Below, in pieces: positions 51,716 to 60,671 of a DNA stretch of 64,000 bases. Position numbers and translations under genes: made by a program. The DNA comes from Lawsonibacter sp. (lineage in GTDB: Bacteria > Bacillota > Clostridia > Oscillospirales > Oscillospiraceae), in assembly GCA_045601925.1 (NCBI GenBank), contig JAZSAP010000092.1, forward strand, positions 1,723 to 65,722, written 5' to 3'. How positions within the stretch are numbered: position 1 is the stretch's first letter; every line of letters starts with the position of its first letter. The notes below the pieces were generated by a model. The model saw only the letters and a list, made by a program, of their open reading frames with translations. It was not told where the DNA came from and did no database searches.

Positions 51716-51755
51716 AAAAATACCGCACCGGTCCAAAAACCGATGCGGTATTTTC
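51716..51755 (-). terminator. Intrinsic terminator after the hexosaminidase gene
   Basis: aaaataccgcaccgg...ccgatgcggtatttt. Confidence 0.7.
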
Positions 51756-51773
51756 ACTCCATTTTTCAGCCGA

Positions 51774-53456
51774 TCAGAACCCCTTGCCCACCCAGTTGGC
51801 GGACACGATTTCGGTGTAGTAACGGCTGTTGCGGTCCCAGTAGTTGAGGTACTTGCGCTTGCCGTAGTCGGGGCTGAGGGGGGTGCGCACGTCCAGCAGC
51901 GTTTCCTCCAGCTCCTCAATGCGGTCCACGTCGCCGCGGACGTACTCGTCCAGCCGCTCGGCGCAGTGGGCAAGGCGGGTCATCACGCCGCCGATACGCA
52001 CGTCGGACGCATCAAAGCCGTGGGGTTTATTCTCAATCATCCACTGCTTGCGGAAGGAGCGGTAGAACTTCTCCACCAAATCTCGGATGCGGCGCAGTTC
52101 CTTCGCCAGCTTCTTCAACTGCTTCATGTCCCCGGCATCGTAGGCCGCGCGGATGCGAGTGCCGATGTCGCATTTTTCAGCGGTGACGGCGCACAGGTCG
52201 TGCATGGTCTGGAACAGATAACCCCACTCCTTGTTCTTGCACAGGGGGGCCAGCAGCTCCACCAGTTCCTCGTGGTCGGCACGGGTATGCTCGGGCAGAG
52301 TCATGTCCATCAGGCCGATAAAGGGATCGTTGTACAGGATGTACCGGGTGGGATGGACGCAGTACTCCTCGGTCTCATTGCGCTGGGTGAGGTCCAGCAG
52401 CAGGAACTGGTCATAGGGGATGCCAAACTCCTTCTCGAAATTGGCTTTGATGGTGGCCTCATCGTCGATGCCCTTGGCAATCTGGCTGGCGTAGAACAGG
52501 CCGGGCAGACCGGCAAAGCGGGCGCACTCGCCGCCGTCGTCACCGAAGAAGCACACGTTGATGTTCTCCACACCGTTCTCCATGGCGGCCTGCAGGCTGT
52601 TGCGGATGGCGCCGGTGCTGTAGTTGTTCTCGGGCGAGAAGGCGCACCAGGTCCACACGCCGCACTGATACCACAGGCCCTCGCGCTTAATCTGCTGGTG
52701 TACCTTGGTCAAGGCGGTGTAGTCCTCCTTGCTGCGCTTGTAGTAGTCCCAGTACTTCAAAACAGCGCCCTCGGGGATCAGGTCGGACACATCCTCTTGC
52801 ACCACGGCCTCAGTGTTGCTGTAGCTGTCGCTGTGAGTGGCCAGCCGGAAGGACATATCGCCGGAAATCATGATCATCTCAAAGCCGTACTTGCGGGCGA
52901 TCTCGCACACCTTATTCATGTGGCGCTTGAGGATCTCGATGCGCTTGTCGGGGCCGTGCTTGGCATAGTACTTGCCCCGGCCCAGCATGTCCGCCTCGTC
53001 CATATTGATGTCGATGACCCGGGAGTCAAAGCACTCGGCGGCAGTGGCGATCATCTTTTCGATCAGGGCGTAGGTGCGCTCGTCCTCGCACAGCAGGATG
53101 TCGGCGGTGTCGTTGATCTCGGCGTAGTGCTCCCAGCGGAAAATGCTGCCCAGATGGGCCAGGGTGTTGGTGCCGGGGATCATCTCCACCTCACGCTCGC
53201 GGGCGTAGGCGTTGATTTCCTTCAGCTCCGCCTTGGTAAAGCGGCCCCGGCCATAGCCGAAATAGGGTTCACCCTCGATTTCGTAAGTATCCTCGCAGTA
53301 GAGGGTCAGGGTGTTATAACCCAGCTTGGAAATAATGTCGATCCACTTCTTCAGGGCGGGGATGGACCACACCGCGTTGCGGCTGCAGTCGGTCCGCACG
53401 CCGAAGCGCTTGAAAGGGATGCCGGTATCTCGCTTGAAAGGCAGGTTGCTCATCAT
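51774..53456 (-). CDS. Beta-N-acetylhexosaminidase (GH20-like, cytoplasmic)
   Basis: DCSRNAV, GYNTLTLYCEDTY, EPYFGYGRGR, NTLAH, MDEA catalytic pair, YWDYY and ENKPHGF. Confidence 0.85.
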   Translation of the reverse strand: MMSNLPFKRDTGIPFKRFGVRTDCSRNAVWSIPALKKWIDIISKLGYNTLTLYCEDTYEIEGEPYFGYGRGRFTKAELKEINAYAREREVEMIPGTNTLAHLGSIFRWEHYAEINDTADILLCEDERTYALIEKMIATAAECFDSRVIDINMDEADMLGRGKYYAKHGPDKRIEILKRHMNKVCEIARKYGFEMIMISGDMSFRLATHSDSYSNTEAVVQEDVSDLIPEGAVLKYWDYYKRSKEDYTALTKVHQQIKREGLWYQCGVWTWCAFSPENNYSTGAIRNSLQAAMENGVENINVCFFGDDGGECARFAGLPGLFYASQIAKGIDDEATIKANFEKEFGIPYDQFLLLDLTQRNETEEYCVHPTRYILYNDPFIGLMDMTLPEHTRADHEELVELLAPLCKNKEWGYLFQTMHDLCAVTAEKCDIGTRIRAAYDAGDMKQLKKLAKELRRIRDLVEKFYRSFRKQWMIENKPHGFDASDVRIGGVMTRLAHCAERLDEYVRGDVDRIEELEETLLDVRTPLSPDYGKRKYLNYWDRNSRYYTEIVSANWVGKGF

Positions 53457-53619
53457 GATTCTCCTCTCTCAATTACGGCGCTTCGCGCCACACACTCTCA
53501 CCATAATTATAGCATCCCCATGTCCCATTTCAATAGCCTAACAGGACATAATGCCCTCGAAAACGGCCCATTAGAACAGTCGCGTCTTTTATCAACTGTG
53601 TTAAAATCATCTTGTCAGC

Positions 53620-53792
53620 CGCCCTGCGGCCAGGCGACCTTCGCCACCGTGGATGTGCGCCCCTTTGTGGACACGCTGCTGGAGTACATTCTAAAAGAAC
53701 CCACCGTCTACACCGACGTGTCCGCTCCCAAATGGTTTCAGTAGATGTTGGACGTGGATAACTACAAGATGACCACCTGGCCCAAAAAGTAA
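53620..53792 (+). pseudogene. Possible 3' gene remnant with an internal stop
   Basis: Coding-like stretch ATFATVDVRPFVDTLLEYILKEPTVYTDVSAPKWFQ*MLDVDNYKMTTWPKK* ending just before a terminator. No start codon or RBS. Confidence 0.35.
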
Positions 53793-53803
53793 TCTAAACA
53801 AGA

Positions 53804-53837
53804 CAAAACGACCGTTCATTCTGAACGGTCGTTTTTC
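53804..53837. terminator. Bidirectional terminator
   Basis: aaaacgaccgttca-ttc-tgaacggtcgttttt. Confidence 0.8.
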
Positions 53838-53843
53838 ATTTAA

Positions 53844-54539
53844 TTAACCGAGGTAAGCTTTCTTCACAGCCTCGTTGTGCAGCAGTTCGTTTCCGGTGCC
53901 CGTCATGGTCAGCCGGCCGGTCTCCAGCACGTAGGCGGTGTCGGCAGTGCGCAGGGCCATGTTGGCATTCTGCTCGATGAGCAGGATGGTCACGCCCTGC
54001 TTGTTGATTTCCTTGATGATGTCGAAGATACCCTTGACCACCAGAGGAGCAAGCCCCAGAGAAGGTTCGTCCATCATCATGATCTTGGGGCGGCTCATCA
54101 GGGCGCGGCCCACGGCCAGCATCTGCTGCTCGCCACCGGACAGGGTGCCTGACGCCTGCCAGGAGCGCTCCTTCAGGCGGGGGAACAGGTCATACACCCA
54201 CTTCAGGTCATCCTCCAGGCTGTCACGGCGCAGATATGCGCCGATCTTCAGGTTTTCCAGCACGGTCAGGTCGGGGAACACCCGGCGGCCCTCCGGCACC
54301 AGGGTGATGCCCTTGGACACGATGCGGTCGGGAGACAGGCCGGTGATGTCCTCCCCCTGCAGGTGGATGCGGCCGGCAGCAGGCTTGACCAGGCCGGCGA
54401 TGGCACGCAGGGTGGTGGACTTGCCTGCGCCGTTGGCGCCGATCAGGGTGACGATCTGCCGCTCGGGCACCACGATGGAAATACCCTTGACGGCCTCAAT
54501 GCCGCCGTAGTTGACTTTCAGGCCATCAATTTTCAGCAT
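53844..54539 (-). CDS. livF: Branched-chain amino acid ABC transporter ATP-binding protein
   Basis: GANGAGKST, VPEGRRVF, LSGGEQQML and DEPSLGLAP. Confidence 0.93.
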   Translation of the reverse strand: MLKIDGLKVNYGGIEAVKGISIVVPERQIVTLIGANGAGKSTTLRAIAGLVKPAAGRIHLQGEDITGLSPDRIVSKGITLVPEGRRVFPDLTVLENLKIGAYLRRDSLEDDLKWVYDLFPRLKERSWQASGTLSGGEQQMLAVGRALMSRPKIMMMDEPSLGLAPLVVKGIFDIIKEINKQGVTILLIEQNANMALRTADTAYVLETGRLTMTGTGNELLHNEAVKKAYLG

Positions 54540-55374
54540 CGTCAGCCACCCCCAAGTAAGCCTCGATCACGCGAGGATTGTTCTGAATTTCCCCCGGCGT
54601 ACCCTGTGCGATCAGCTTGCCGAAGTCCAACACATAGATGCGGTCGGAGATCTTCATAACCAGGTCCATGTGATGCTCGATCATCAGCACGGTCAGGTCA
54701 TAGCGCTGACGAATCTCTTTGATGAACTCGGTCAGCTCGTGAGTCTCCTGCGGGTTCATGCCGGCAGCCGGCTCGTCCAACAGCAGCAGGGACGGGTTGG
54801 TGGCCAGGGCGCGGGCGATCTCCAGCCGGCGCTGCAGGCCGTAGGGCAGGGACCCTGCCACCTCGTCCTTCAGGTGGGCCAAATTCTGCTCCTCCAGCAG
54901 GGCCATGGCCTCTTCCCGCATGCGTTTTTCCTCCGCGGCGTTGAACCGGAAGGTAGCGGACAGGAAGTTCTGCTTGGCGCGCATATGCTTGGCGATCAGC
55001 ACATTGTCAAACACGCTCAAGGCGGAGAACAGACGGATATTCTGGAAGGTGCGGGCAATACCCAGCTGGGTGATCTTGTCGGGAGTGGGGCTGATAACGG
55101 CGGTGAAATCGCCGTTATGCTCGCCGGCGTACAGCTTTTTCATCTTGCCCTGGGGATGGTTCTCCACCATGGGCACACCGTTGAAGCTGACGCGGCCGTT
55201 GGTAGGCTCGTACACACCGGTGATGCAGTTAAAGGCGGTGGTCTTACCGGCGCCGTTGGGGCCGATGAGGGCCACGATCTCGCCCTTGTTCACTTCCATG
55301 GACAGGTCGTTGACGGCCACCACGCCGCCAAACTGCATGGTAATGTTTTCAAGACGCAGCACATTCTCGCTCAT
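54526..55374 (-). CDS. livG: Branched-chain amino acid ABC transporter ATP-binding protein
   Basis: GPNGAGKTT, ARTFQNIRLF, LPYGLQRRLEIARALA and DEPAAGMN. Confidence 0.93.
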   Translation of the reverse strand: MSENVLRLENITMQFGGVVAVNDLSMEVNKGEIVALIGPNGAGKTTAFNCITGVYEPTNGRVSFNGVPMVENHPQGKMKKLYAGEHNGDFTAVISPTPDKITQLGIARTFQNIRLFSALSVFDNVLIAKHMRAKQNFLSATFRFNAAEEKRMREEAMALLEEQNLAHLKDEVAGSLPYGLQRRLEIARALATNPSLLLLDEPAAGMNPQETHELTEFIKEIRQRYDLTVLMIEHHMDLVMKISDRIYVLDFGKLIAQGTPGEIQNNPRVIEAYLGVADDAEN

Positions 55375-56546
55375 TTCGCCGCCTCCTTTCTCTTGCGCTT
55401 AAAGAGGTCGGGTAATTCCTTGTTGCCCATGATGCCGCGGCGGAAGAACAGCACCACCACCATGATGACGATGGAGAACACCACCATGCGGAAGCCGGGA
55501 CGCAGCAGGGGCACCTTGAACCCATTGACCACCGTCTCCGTATCCAGGAAGCGCAGCCACCACTCGGAGCAGGCCACGTACAGGAACGTGGCAATGCAGG
55601 AGCCGGACAGAGAGCCGATACCGCCGATGACCACGATGAGCAGGATCTCATAGGTCAGGTTGGTGGTAAAGGGCTTGGCCTGGGCGTTGTTGACGAACAT
55701 GGCGAACATAGCGCCGCTGATGCCGGCGAAGAAAGAGGAAATGCAGAAGGACATCCGCTTGTGCTTGGCTAGGTTGATGCCCATGGCCTCGGCAGCGATC
55801 TCGTCCTCACGGATGGCCTTGAAGGCCCGGCCGTAGGAGGAGTTGATGAGCAGCACGATGATGGCGATGCACACGATGGCCAGCAGGAAGGGCACGAAAG
55901 TGGACAGCCGCAGCACGACCTTGCCGGCGGCATCCTTGATGTTGAAGCTGGCATAGGTGGGGATCTTGTTGATCATGTTGGCGCCGTTGGTAACGGGGCC
56001 CAGCTTCTGCCACTGGAAGATGGCGCGCATGATCTCGGCAAAGCCCAGGGTGGCAATGGCCAGATAGTCGCTCTTCAAACGCAGCACGGGCAGACCGATG
56101 AACCAGGCGAAGATGGCCGCCACGATACCGGCCAAAATGACGGCCAGCAGCACGCCCAAAATCAGGCCCGCAGCCGTATCGGCGCCGCCAAACAGGTCAG
56201 GCAGGGAGAACTTCACCGCAGAACCCTGGAAGGCGTAATAGACCTGCTCCTTGGCCTCCATGGGGACGGTGAGGATGGCGTAGGTGTAGGCACCCAGCAG
56301 CATAAAGCCGGCCTGGCCCAGAGAAAACAGGCCCGTAAAGCCGGTCAGCAAGTTCATGGACACAGCAGCCAAGGCGTAAACGGCGGTCTTTTTCAGCACC
56401 GTAAACAGCTGGCTGGTGGGCTTGAACACCGCAGGTGCGCCGGGGACCAGCGCGGTCAGGTTTTCCAACAGAACGATCAAAGCCAGAAACAGGATGACAC
56501 AGCCCAGGGCAATAAAGGTGCCCTTTTTGCTCTTTTTCTGAATCAT
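55371..56546 (-). CDS. livM: Branched-chain amino acid ABC transporter permease
   Basis: SLGQAGF, LRLKSDYLAIATLGFAEI and AIREDEIAAEAMGI. Confidence 0.92.
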   Translation of the reverse strand: MIQKKSKKGTFIALGCVILFLALIVLLENLTALVPGAPAVFKPTSQLFTVLKKTAVYALAAVSMNLLTGFTGLFSLGQAGFMLLGAYTYAILTVPMEAKEQVYYAFQGSAVKFSLPDLFGGADTAAGLILGVLLAVILAGIVAAIFAWFIGLPVLRLKSDYLAIATLGFAEIMRAIFQWQKLGPVTNGANMINKIPTYASFNIKDAAGKVVLRLSTFVPFLLAIVCIAIIVLLINSSYGRAFKAIREDEIAAEAMGINLAKHKRMSFCISSFFAGISGAMFAMFVNNAQAKPFTTNLTYEILLIVVIGGIGSLSGSCIATFLYVACSEWWLRFLDTETVVNGFKVPLLRPGFRMVVFSIVIMVVVLFFRRGIMGNKELPDLFKRKRKEAAK

Positions 56547-56558
56547 TGGGGCACCTCC

Positions 56559-57446
56559 TTAAACCTTGTCCGTGGCCTTCTCGCCAAACAGGCCGGTGGG
56601 CTTGAACACCAGCACGACGACAAGCAGGGCAAAGGTGAACGCATCAGAGAACACGGACACATCCCAGGCAGAGGGCAGACCCTTGATAATGGTCTCGCAG
56701 ATGCCGATGATAAACGCACCGATCACCGCGCCGGGGATGGAACCGATACCGCCGAACACGGCAGCCACGAAGGCCTTCAGACCGGGCAGAGCGCCGATGG
56801 TAGGGGTAACGGCAGAGTAGTTGGTGAAGTACAGGATAGAACCCACCGCCGCCAGCACCGAGCCGATGACAAAGGTGACGGAGATGACGGTGTTGATCTT
56901 GATGCCCATGAGCTGGGCGGTCTCAAAGTCCTTGGACACCGCACGCATGGCCATGCCCACCTTGGTCTTGTTGATCAGCATGGTCAGGGCGACCACCAGC
57001 ACCGCCACCAGCACGGGGGTCAGCAGCACCGCCCACTTGGTGGGCGTGCCGGCGATCTGCACCGTATCGGACAGGCCGGGAATGGTGGGATAGGTCATGG
57101 GCTGAGCGCCGGTGATGTAGGTGGCCACATTCTGCAGCAGATAACTCACGCCGATGGCGGAGATCATGACCGACATACGGGGGGCGCTGCGCAGGGGCTT
57201 ATAGGCCGCGCGCTCGATGAAGAACGCCAAAATCGCCGTCATCACGATAACCAGGGGCATGGCCACATACAGGGGCATGCTGGCCGACAGGTAGACACCC
57301 ATCAGACCCGCCACCATGAACACGTCGCCGTGGGCAAAGTTGATCAGGCGCAGGATGCCGTACACCATGGTGTAACCGATGGCGATCAGGGCATATTGTC
57401 CGCCCACCGAAATACCGGAGAGCAGGATGGAAATAATATATTCCAT
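56559..57446 (-). CDS. livH: Branched-chain amino acid ABC transporter permease
   Basis: YALIAIGYTMVYGILRLINFAHG and KAFVAAVFGGIGS. GGAGG RBS. Confidence 0.93.
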   Translation of the reverse strand: MEYIISILLSGISVGGQYALIAIGYTMVYGILRLINFAHGDVFMVAGLMGVYLSASMPLYVAMPLVIVMTAILAFFIERAAYKPLRSAPRMSVMISAIGVSYLLQNVATYITGAQPMTYPTIPGLSDTVQIAGTPTKWAVLLTPVLVAVLVVALTMLINKTKVGMAMRAVSKDFETAQLMGIKINTVISVTFVIGSVLAAVGSILYFTNYSAVTPTIGALPGLKAFVAAVFGGIGSIPGAVIGAFIIGICETIIKGLPSAWDVSVFSDAFTFALLVVVLVFKPTGLFGEKATDKV

Positions 57447-57480
57447 AAGTTCCTCCTTAAAACAGATTGCGAAAGACAGA

Positions 57481-57570
57481 TTGGGCTGTCTCGAAACCTG
57501 CCGAAAAATCAGCCTTTTTCGAGGCAGCCCAAGACACAGCGCTTGGCGGGGGCGCAGGCCCCCGCCAAGC
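57481..57570. repeat. Two strong intergenic hairpins between the SBP gene and livH
   Basis: ttgggctgtctcgaaa...tttcgaggcagcccaa and gcttggcggggg-cgcagg-cccccgccaagc. Confidence 0.6.
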
Positions 57571-57590
57571 AGCACTGTATCCGTTGGTTA

Positions 57591-58772
57591 TCAGTTGGCC
57601 TTCTGGACAGTCTCCAGCGCCCAGGTACCGTCAGCAGTGTTGGCGGTCTTGATGTAAGCGGTGTCGCGGATGGCGTCGCCGATCTCGTCGAAGGCGATCT
57701 CGCCGGACACGCCGGTGTAGGTCACGCCGCCCAGAGCAGCCTTGATGGCCTCGGGCTCGACGCTGCCGGCGGCCTTCATGGCCTCCAGAGCCACATAGTA
57801 GGCATCATAGCCCATGGCGGTCACAGCGGAGATGGTGTCGTTGCCGCCGTTGGCGTCCTTGGCCACGGAGTTGGTGTTGATGTAGTTCTTGATGCCGGCA
57901 TCGAACTCGGGGTTACCGCCCTCCTGATAGAAGGTGGAAACGAACAGCTGGATGTCGGTGCCCTTGGCAGCTTCCAGAACCATGTTGTCGTCCAGAGTGT
58001 CGGAGCCCAGGAAGGGGATCTCAATGCCCAGAGAGCTGGCCTGAGTGATGATCTGAGTGGCGTAAGCGATGGACACGGGGGTGAAGATAACGTCGGCGCC
58101 CTCGCTCTTGGCCTTGTTCAGGTAAGAGGTGAAGTCAGAGTTGTTGGTGGGGAAGGAGTCCTTGATGACCTTGCCGCCGGCGGCGGTGAAGGCCTGCTCA
58201 AAGAAGGTGACCAGACCCTGGTCATACTCGTTGCCGATCTCGCCCAGGCAGTAGGCAGTCTTGGCCTCAAACTTGTCCATGCCGAAGTTGGCCAGGACGG
58301 TGCCCTGGAAGGGATCCAGGAAGCAAATGCGGTAGTAGTAGTCGTTGCCGGCAGTGACGTTGGGGTTGGTGCAGGTCACGCCCAGGGCAGCCAGACCGGC
58401 ATCGTCAAAGATGGGGCCGCCGGCCATGGACACGCCGGAACCGTAGGAACCCAGGACGATAGCCACGTCCTTGGCCACCAGGTCAGCAGCGGCGGTGGGA
58501 GCCTTGTCGGTGGAGGAGCCATTGTCAGCGGGGACCAGCTCGACCTTATAGGTCTCGCCGTTGATCTCAACGGTGGGGGTCTCCACGTTGGCGTACTGCA
58601 TGCCCAGGGTCTCCTTCTTGCCGCCGGAGGCGGAGTCGCCGGAGGCGGGCTCGAACACACCGATCTTGACGACCTTGTCGCCGGTCTCGTTGCCGGAGGT
58701 GGTACCGCCGCCGCAGGCAACCAGACCCAGAGCCATAACCAGGGCCAGGGACAGGGAAATGATCTTCTTCAT
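57591..58772 (-). CDS. Branched-chain amino acid ABC transporter substrate-binding lipoprotein (LivJ/LivK-like)
   Basis: Lipobox LVACG, VVKIGVFEPASG, RICFLDPFQG and YTGVSGEIAFD. First gene of the liv operon. Confidence 0.92.
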   Translation of the reverse strand: MKKIISLSLALVMALGLVACGGGTTSGNETGDKVVKIGVFEPASGDSASGGKKETLGMQYANVETPTVEINGETYKVELVPADNGSSTDKAPTAAADLVAKDVAIVLGSYGSGVSMAGGPIFDDAGLAALGVTCTNPNVTAGNDYYYRICFLDPFQGTVLANFGMDKFEAKTAYCLGEIGNEYDQGLVTFFEQAFTAAGGKVIKDSFPTNNSDFTSYLNKAKSEGADVIFTPVSIAYATQIITQASSLGIEIPFLGSDTLDDNMVLEAAKGTDIQLFVSTFYQEGGNPEFDAGIKNYINTNSVAKDANGGNDTISAVTAMGYDAYYVALEAMKAAGSVEPEAIKAALGGVTYTGVSGEIAFDEIGDAIRDTAYIKTANTADGTWALETVQKAN

Positions 58773-58861
58773 AACTTGTTTTCTCCTTTTTGATTGGATT
58801 TGCGTATCTTTTTATCGGCGGTGTCCGCCGTTAAAAGACACTTGTGCGTGGATATACGGTG

Positions 58862-58890
58862 ATTATACTATCCTAAAACTAAAATTGCAA
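58862..58890 (-). promoter_or_regulatory. Sigma-A promoter of the liv operon
   Basis: Minus strand TTGCAA-17 nt-TATAAT. Confidence 0.7.
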
Positions 58891-58953
58891 GTTTTTCCTG
58901 ACGAAATTTCAATTTTTCTGTTCCACGCCGTTTTACCCCCCCAAAAAAGCAAC

Positions 58954-58984
58954 AGCCGGGGCGCGGTTTTCCGCGCCCCGGCTT
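58954..58984 (-). terminator. Terminator hairpin after hpf/raiA
   Basis: agccggggcgcgg-tttt-ccgcgccccggct. Confidence 0.7.
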
Positions 58985-58995
58985 GCAGGTTTTGA

Positions 58996-59535
58996 TCAGG
59001 TTTCGTCTTCGATCAGGCCGTAGCCGCCGTCGTTGCGGCGGTAGACCACAGCGAACGCGCCGCCGGCCGCCTCATCCTTAAAGGCATAGAAGCTGTGGCT
59101 GAGCAGGTTCATCTGCAAAATCGCTTCGTCCCGGGTCATAGGCTTGATGGGGAAGGTCTTGGTGCGGACGATGTCGTACTCGCCCTCCTCCGCCACGGGG
59201 ACGAAGGTGCTTTCCTCATCCACGGTGCGCTCAAAAGCACCCTGACGCAGGCGTCTTTCCAAACGGGTCTTGTTCTTGCGAATCTGCCGCTCCAGCAGGG
59301 TCACAGCGGAATCGATGGAGGCCAGCATATCGCTGGTACTCTCGGACACGCGCAGGATGGTGCTGCCGGAGCGCACGGTGATCTCCACCTTGTTGCGGTC
59401 CTTTTCCACACTGAATGTGACAGATGCAGCGGCATCCTCCTTGAAGTAGCGATCCAGCTTGCCCACCTTTTTCTCGGCATAGTTGTGGATGTAGTTGGGC
59501 AGGTTGATCTTCTTGTCTGTGAACGTAAACTTCAT
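58996..59535 (-). CDS. raiA: Ribosome hibernation promoting factor (long HPF/RaiA)
   Basis: YAEKKVGKLDRYF, LERQIRKNKTRL, KPMTRDEAILQMNLL and VVYRRNDGGYGLIE. Confidence 0.93.
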   Translation of the reverse strand: MKFTFTDKKINLPNYIHNYAEKKVGKLDRYFKEDAAASVTFSVEKDRNKVEITVRSGSTILRVSESTSDMLASIDSAVTLLERQIRKNKTRLERRLRQGAFERTVDEESTFVPVAEEGEYDIVRTKTFPIKPMTRDEAILQMNLLSHSFYAFKDEAAGGAFAVVYRRNDGGYGLIEDET

Positions 59536-59709
59536 GCGTGTCAGCTCCTTTCACCCCAAAGGGCGGTGTGTTCCCGGATGCCCGGCACGGATGCCTCACA
59601 TCCTTGTCAGTATTATACCATACAGCGCGGGAATTTCCACATTTTTTTGTAAAATTTTTGAAAGGTTTGGGGAAAATATCCTTTTGACACCCTTCGACGG
59701 CCCTCCCGA

Positions 59710-59739
59710 TTGACATTTATTGGTAATCTCTGCTACACT
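59710..59739 (+). promoter_or_regulatory. Sigma-A promoter of the candidate sRNA
   Basis: TTGACA-18 nt-TACACT with an extended TG. No downstream + strand ORF with an RBS. Confidence 0.6.
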
Positions 59740-59744
59740 ATGTG

Positions 59745-59838
59745 TGCAGCTCAACCAAGCGCAGACGGATCTGCGCACGTTCATTCTCAACTCCGGTTTG
59801 CGGCGTCCCCTGTTTTGGCAGGCGGGCGCCGCTTTTTT
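59745..59838 (+). ncRNA. Candidate small regulatory RNA (~95 nt)
   Basis: Own promoter, 5' hairpin gcgcaga-cgga-tctgcgc, C/U-rich single-stranded linker, and a GC terminator with T6. Confidence 0.55.
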
Positions 59839-59850
59839 GCCCGCAGACAT

Positions 59851-59886
59851 AAAAACGCACCGCAATCGGGTGACTGCGGTGCGTTG
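59851..59886 (-). terminator. Terminator after the S1-domain gene
   Basis: Minus strand aacgcaccgcag...ttgcggtgcgttttt. Confidence 0.75.
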
Positions 59887-59891
59887 GTTTG

Positions 59892-60353
59892 TTATCTGCG
59901 GCCGTTTCCGCGGCGTGAAGAACCCTTCTTCTCGATGTAGCGCAGCTCGGAGAGCTTGCTGTCAGAGGCCTGCATAAACTGCTTGAGTCGATCCTCGAAG
60001 TCCACAGGCTCCTTGTTGGCGGCGGGACGGGGATTGAAGGACGCAGCGCGGTTGCCGTCGTTGCGGGGTCCCGCGGGGCGGGGCGGGCGCTGGGCGGGGG
60101 CCGCCGGACGGGCCGGGGGCGGGGCCGCCTGCTTGATGGACAGATTGATGCGGTTGGCGTCATCAATGTTGATGACCTTTACCTTGACCTCCTGCCCCTC
60201 TTTCAGGTGCTCGCTGACCTCGCTGACGTAGGAATAGGCGATCTCGGAAATATGTACCAGGCCGGACTTGCCCCCGGGCAGGGAGACGAACGCGCCGAAC
60301 TTGGTAATACCGGTGACCTTTCCTTCAACAACAGAACCTACTTCAAACTCCAT
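59892..60353 (-). CDS. S1 RNA-binding domain protein (YabR-like)
   Basis: GKVTGITKFGAFV, GLVHISEI and INLSIK. C-terminal FEDRLKQFMQASD. Confidence 0.9.
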   Translation of the reverse strand: MEFEVGSVVEGKVTGITKFGAFVSLPGGKSGLVHISEIAYSYVSEVSEHLKEGQEVKVKVINIDDANRINLSIKQAAPPPARPAAPAQRPPRPAGPRNDGNRAASFNPRPAANKEPVDFEDRLKQFMQASDSKLSELRYIEKKGSSRRGNGRR

Positions 60354-60395
60354 AATCGACCTAAAACCCTCTCTGTGATGTATGTTGGGACGCAC

Positions 60396-60671
60396 TTAAT
60401 TGGTCACGTCGACAAACGGTCTTTCGCCGGGTTTAAGGAATCCCTTGTCACGGGCCACCTGCTCCAGCACATCCGGATCGTCTTTGTTGTCAAGGAAGTA
60501 CTGCTTTTCGGCGTTTTCCTGCTGCGCCTGCGCGACCTGGTCGGAAAGGGCAGCCTGCTCGGCCCGGTAGTCCTGCAGCTGACTGCGCAGGTCCAGCAGT
60601 GCCGTGGCCATGTAAATCAGCAGTGCCAGCACCACAATTTTGGTCAAAAGCCCCGCTTTCTTCACCTGCAT
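60396..60671 (-). CDS. Septum formation initiator (DivIC/FtsB family)
   Basis: One TM helix plus a coiled coil, EQVARDKGFLKPGE. Follows yabQ. Confidence 0.8.
   Translation of the reverse strand: MQVKKAGLLTKIVVLALLIYMATALLDLRSQLQDYRAEQAALSDQVAQAQQENAEKQYFLDNKDDPDVLEQVARDKGFLKPGERPFVDVTN

Noticed and set aside
59536-59610. raiA-motif RNA upstream of hpf/raiA
   Set aside because: The leader between the TATAAT at 59612-59617 and the start codon is only about 70 nt, too short for that roughly 200 nt RNA, and I do not recognise its conserved elements.
59596-59785. Small minus-strand ORF starting GGAG-N6-ATG (MNVRRSVC...)
   Set aside because: It crosses two promoters, lies downstream of a terminator with no evident promoter of its own, and has non-host codon use. 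It is better explained as the antisense of the sRNA seed.
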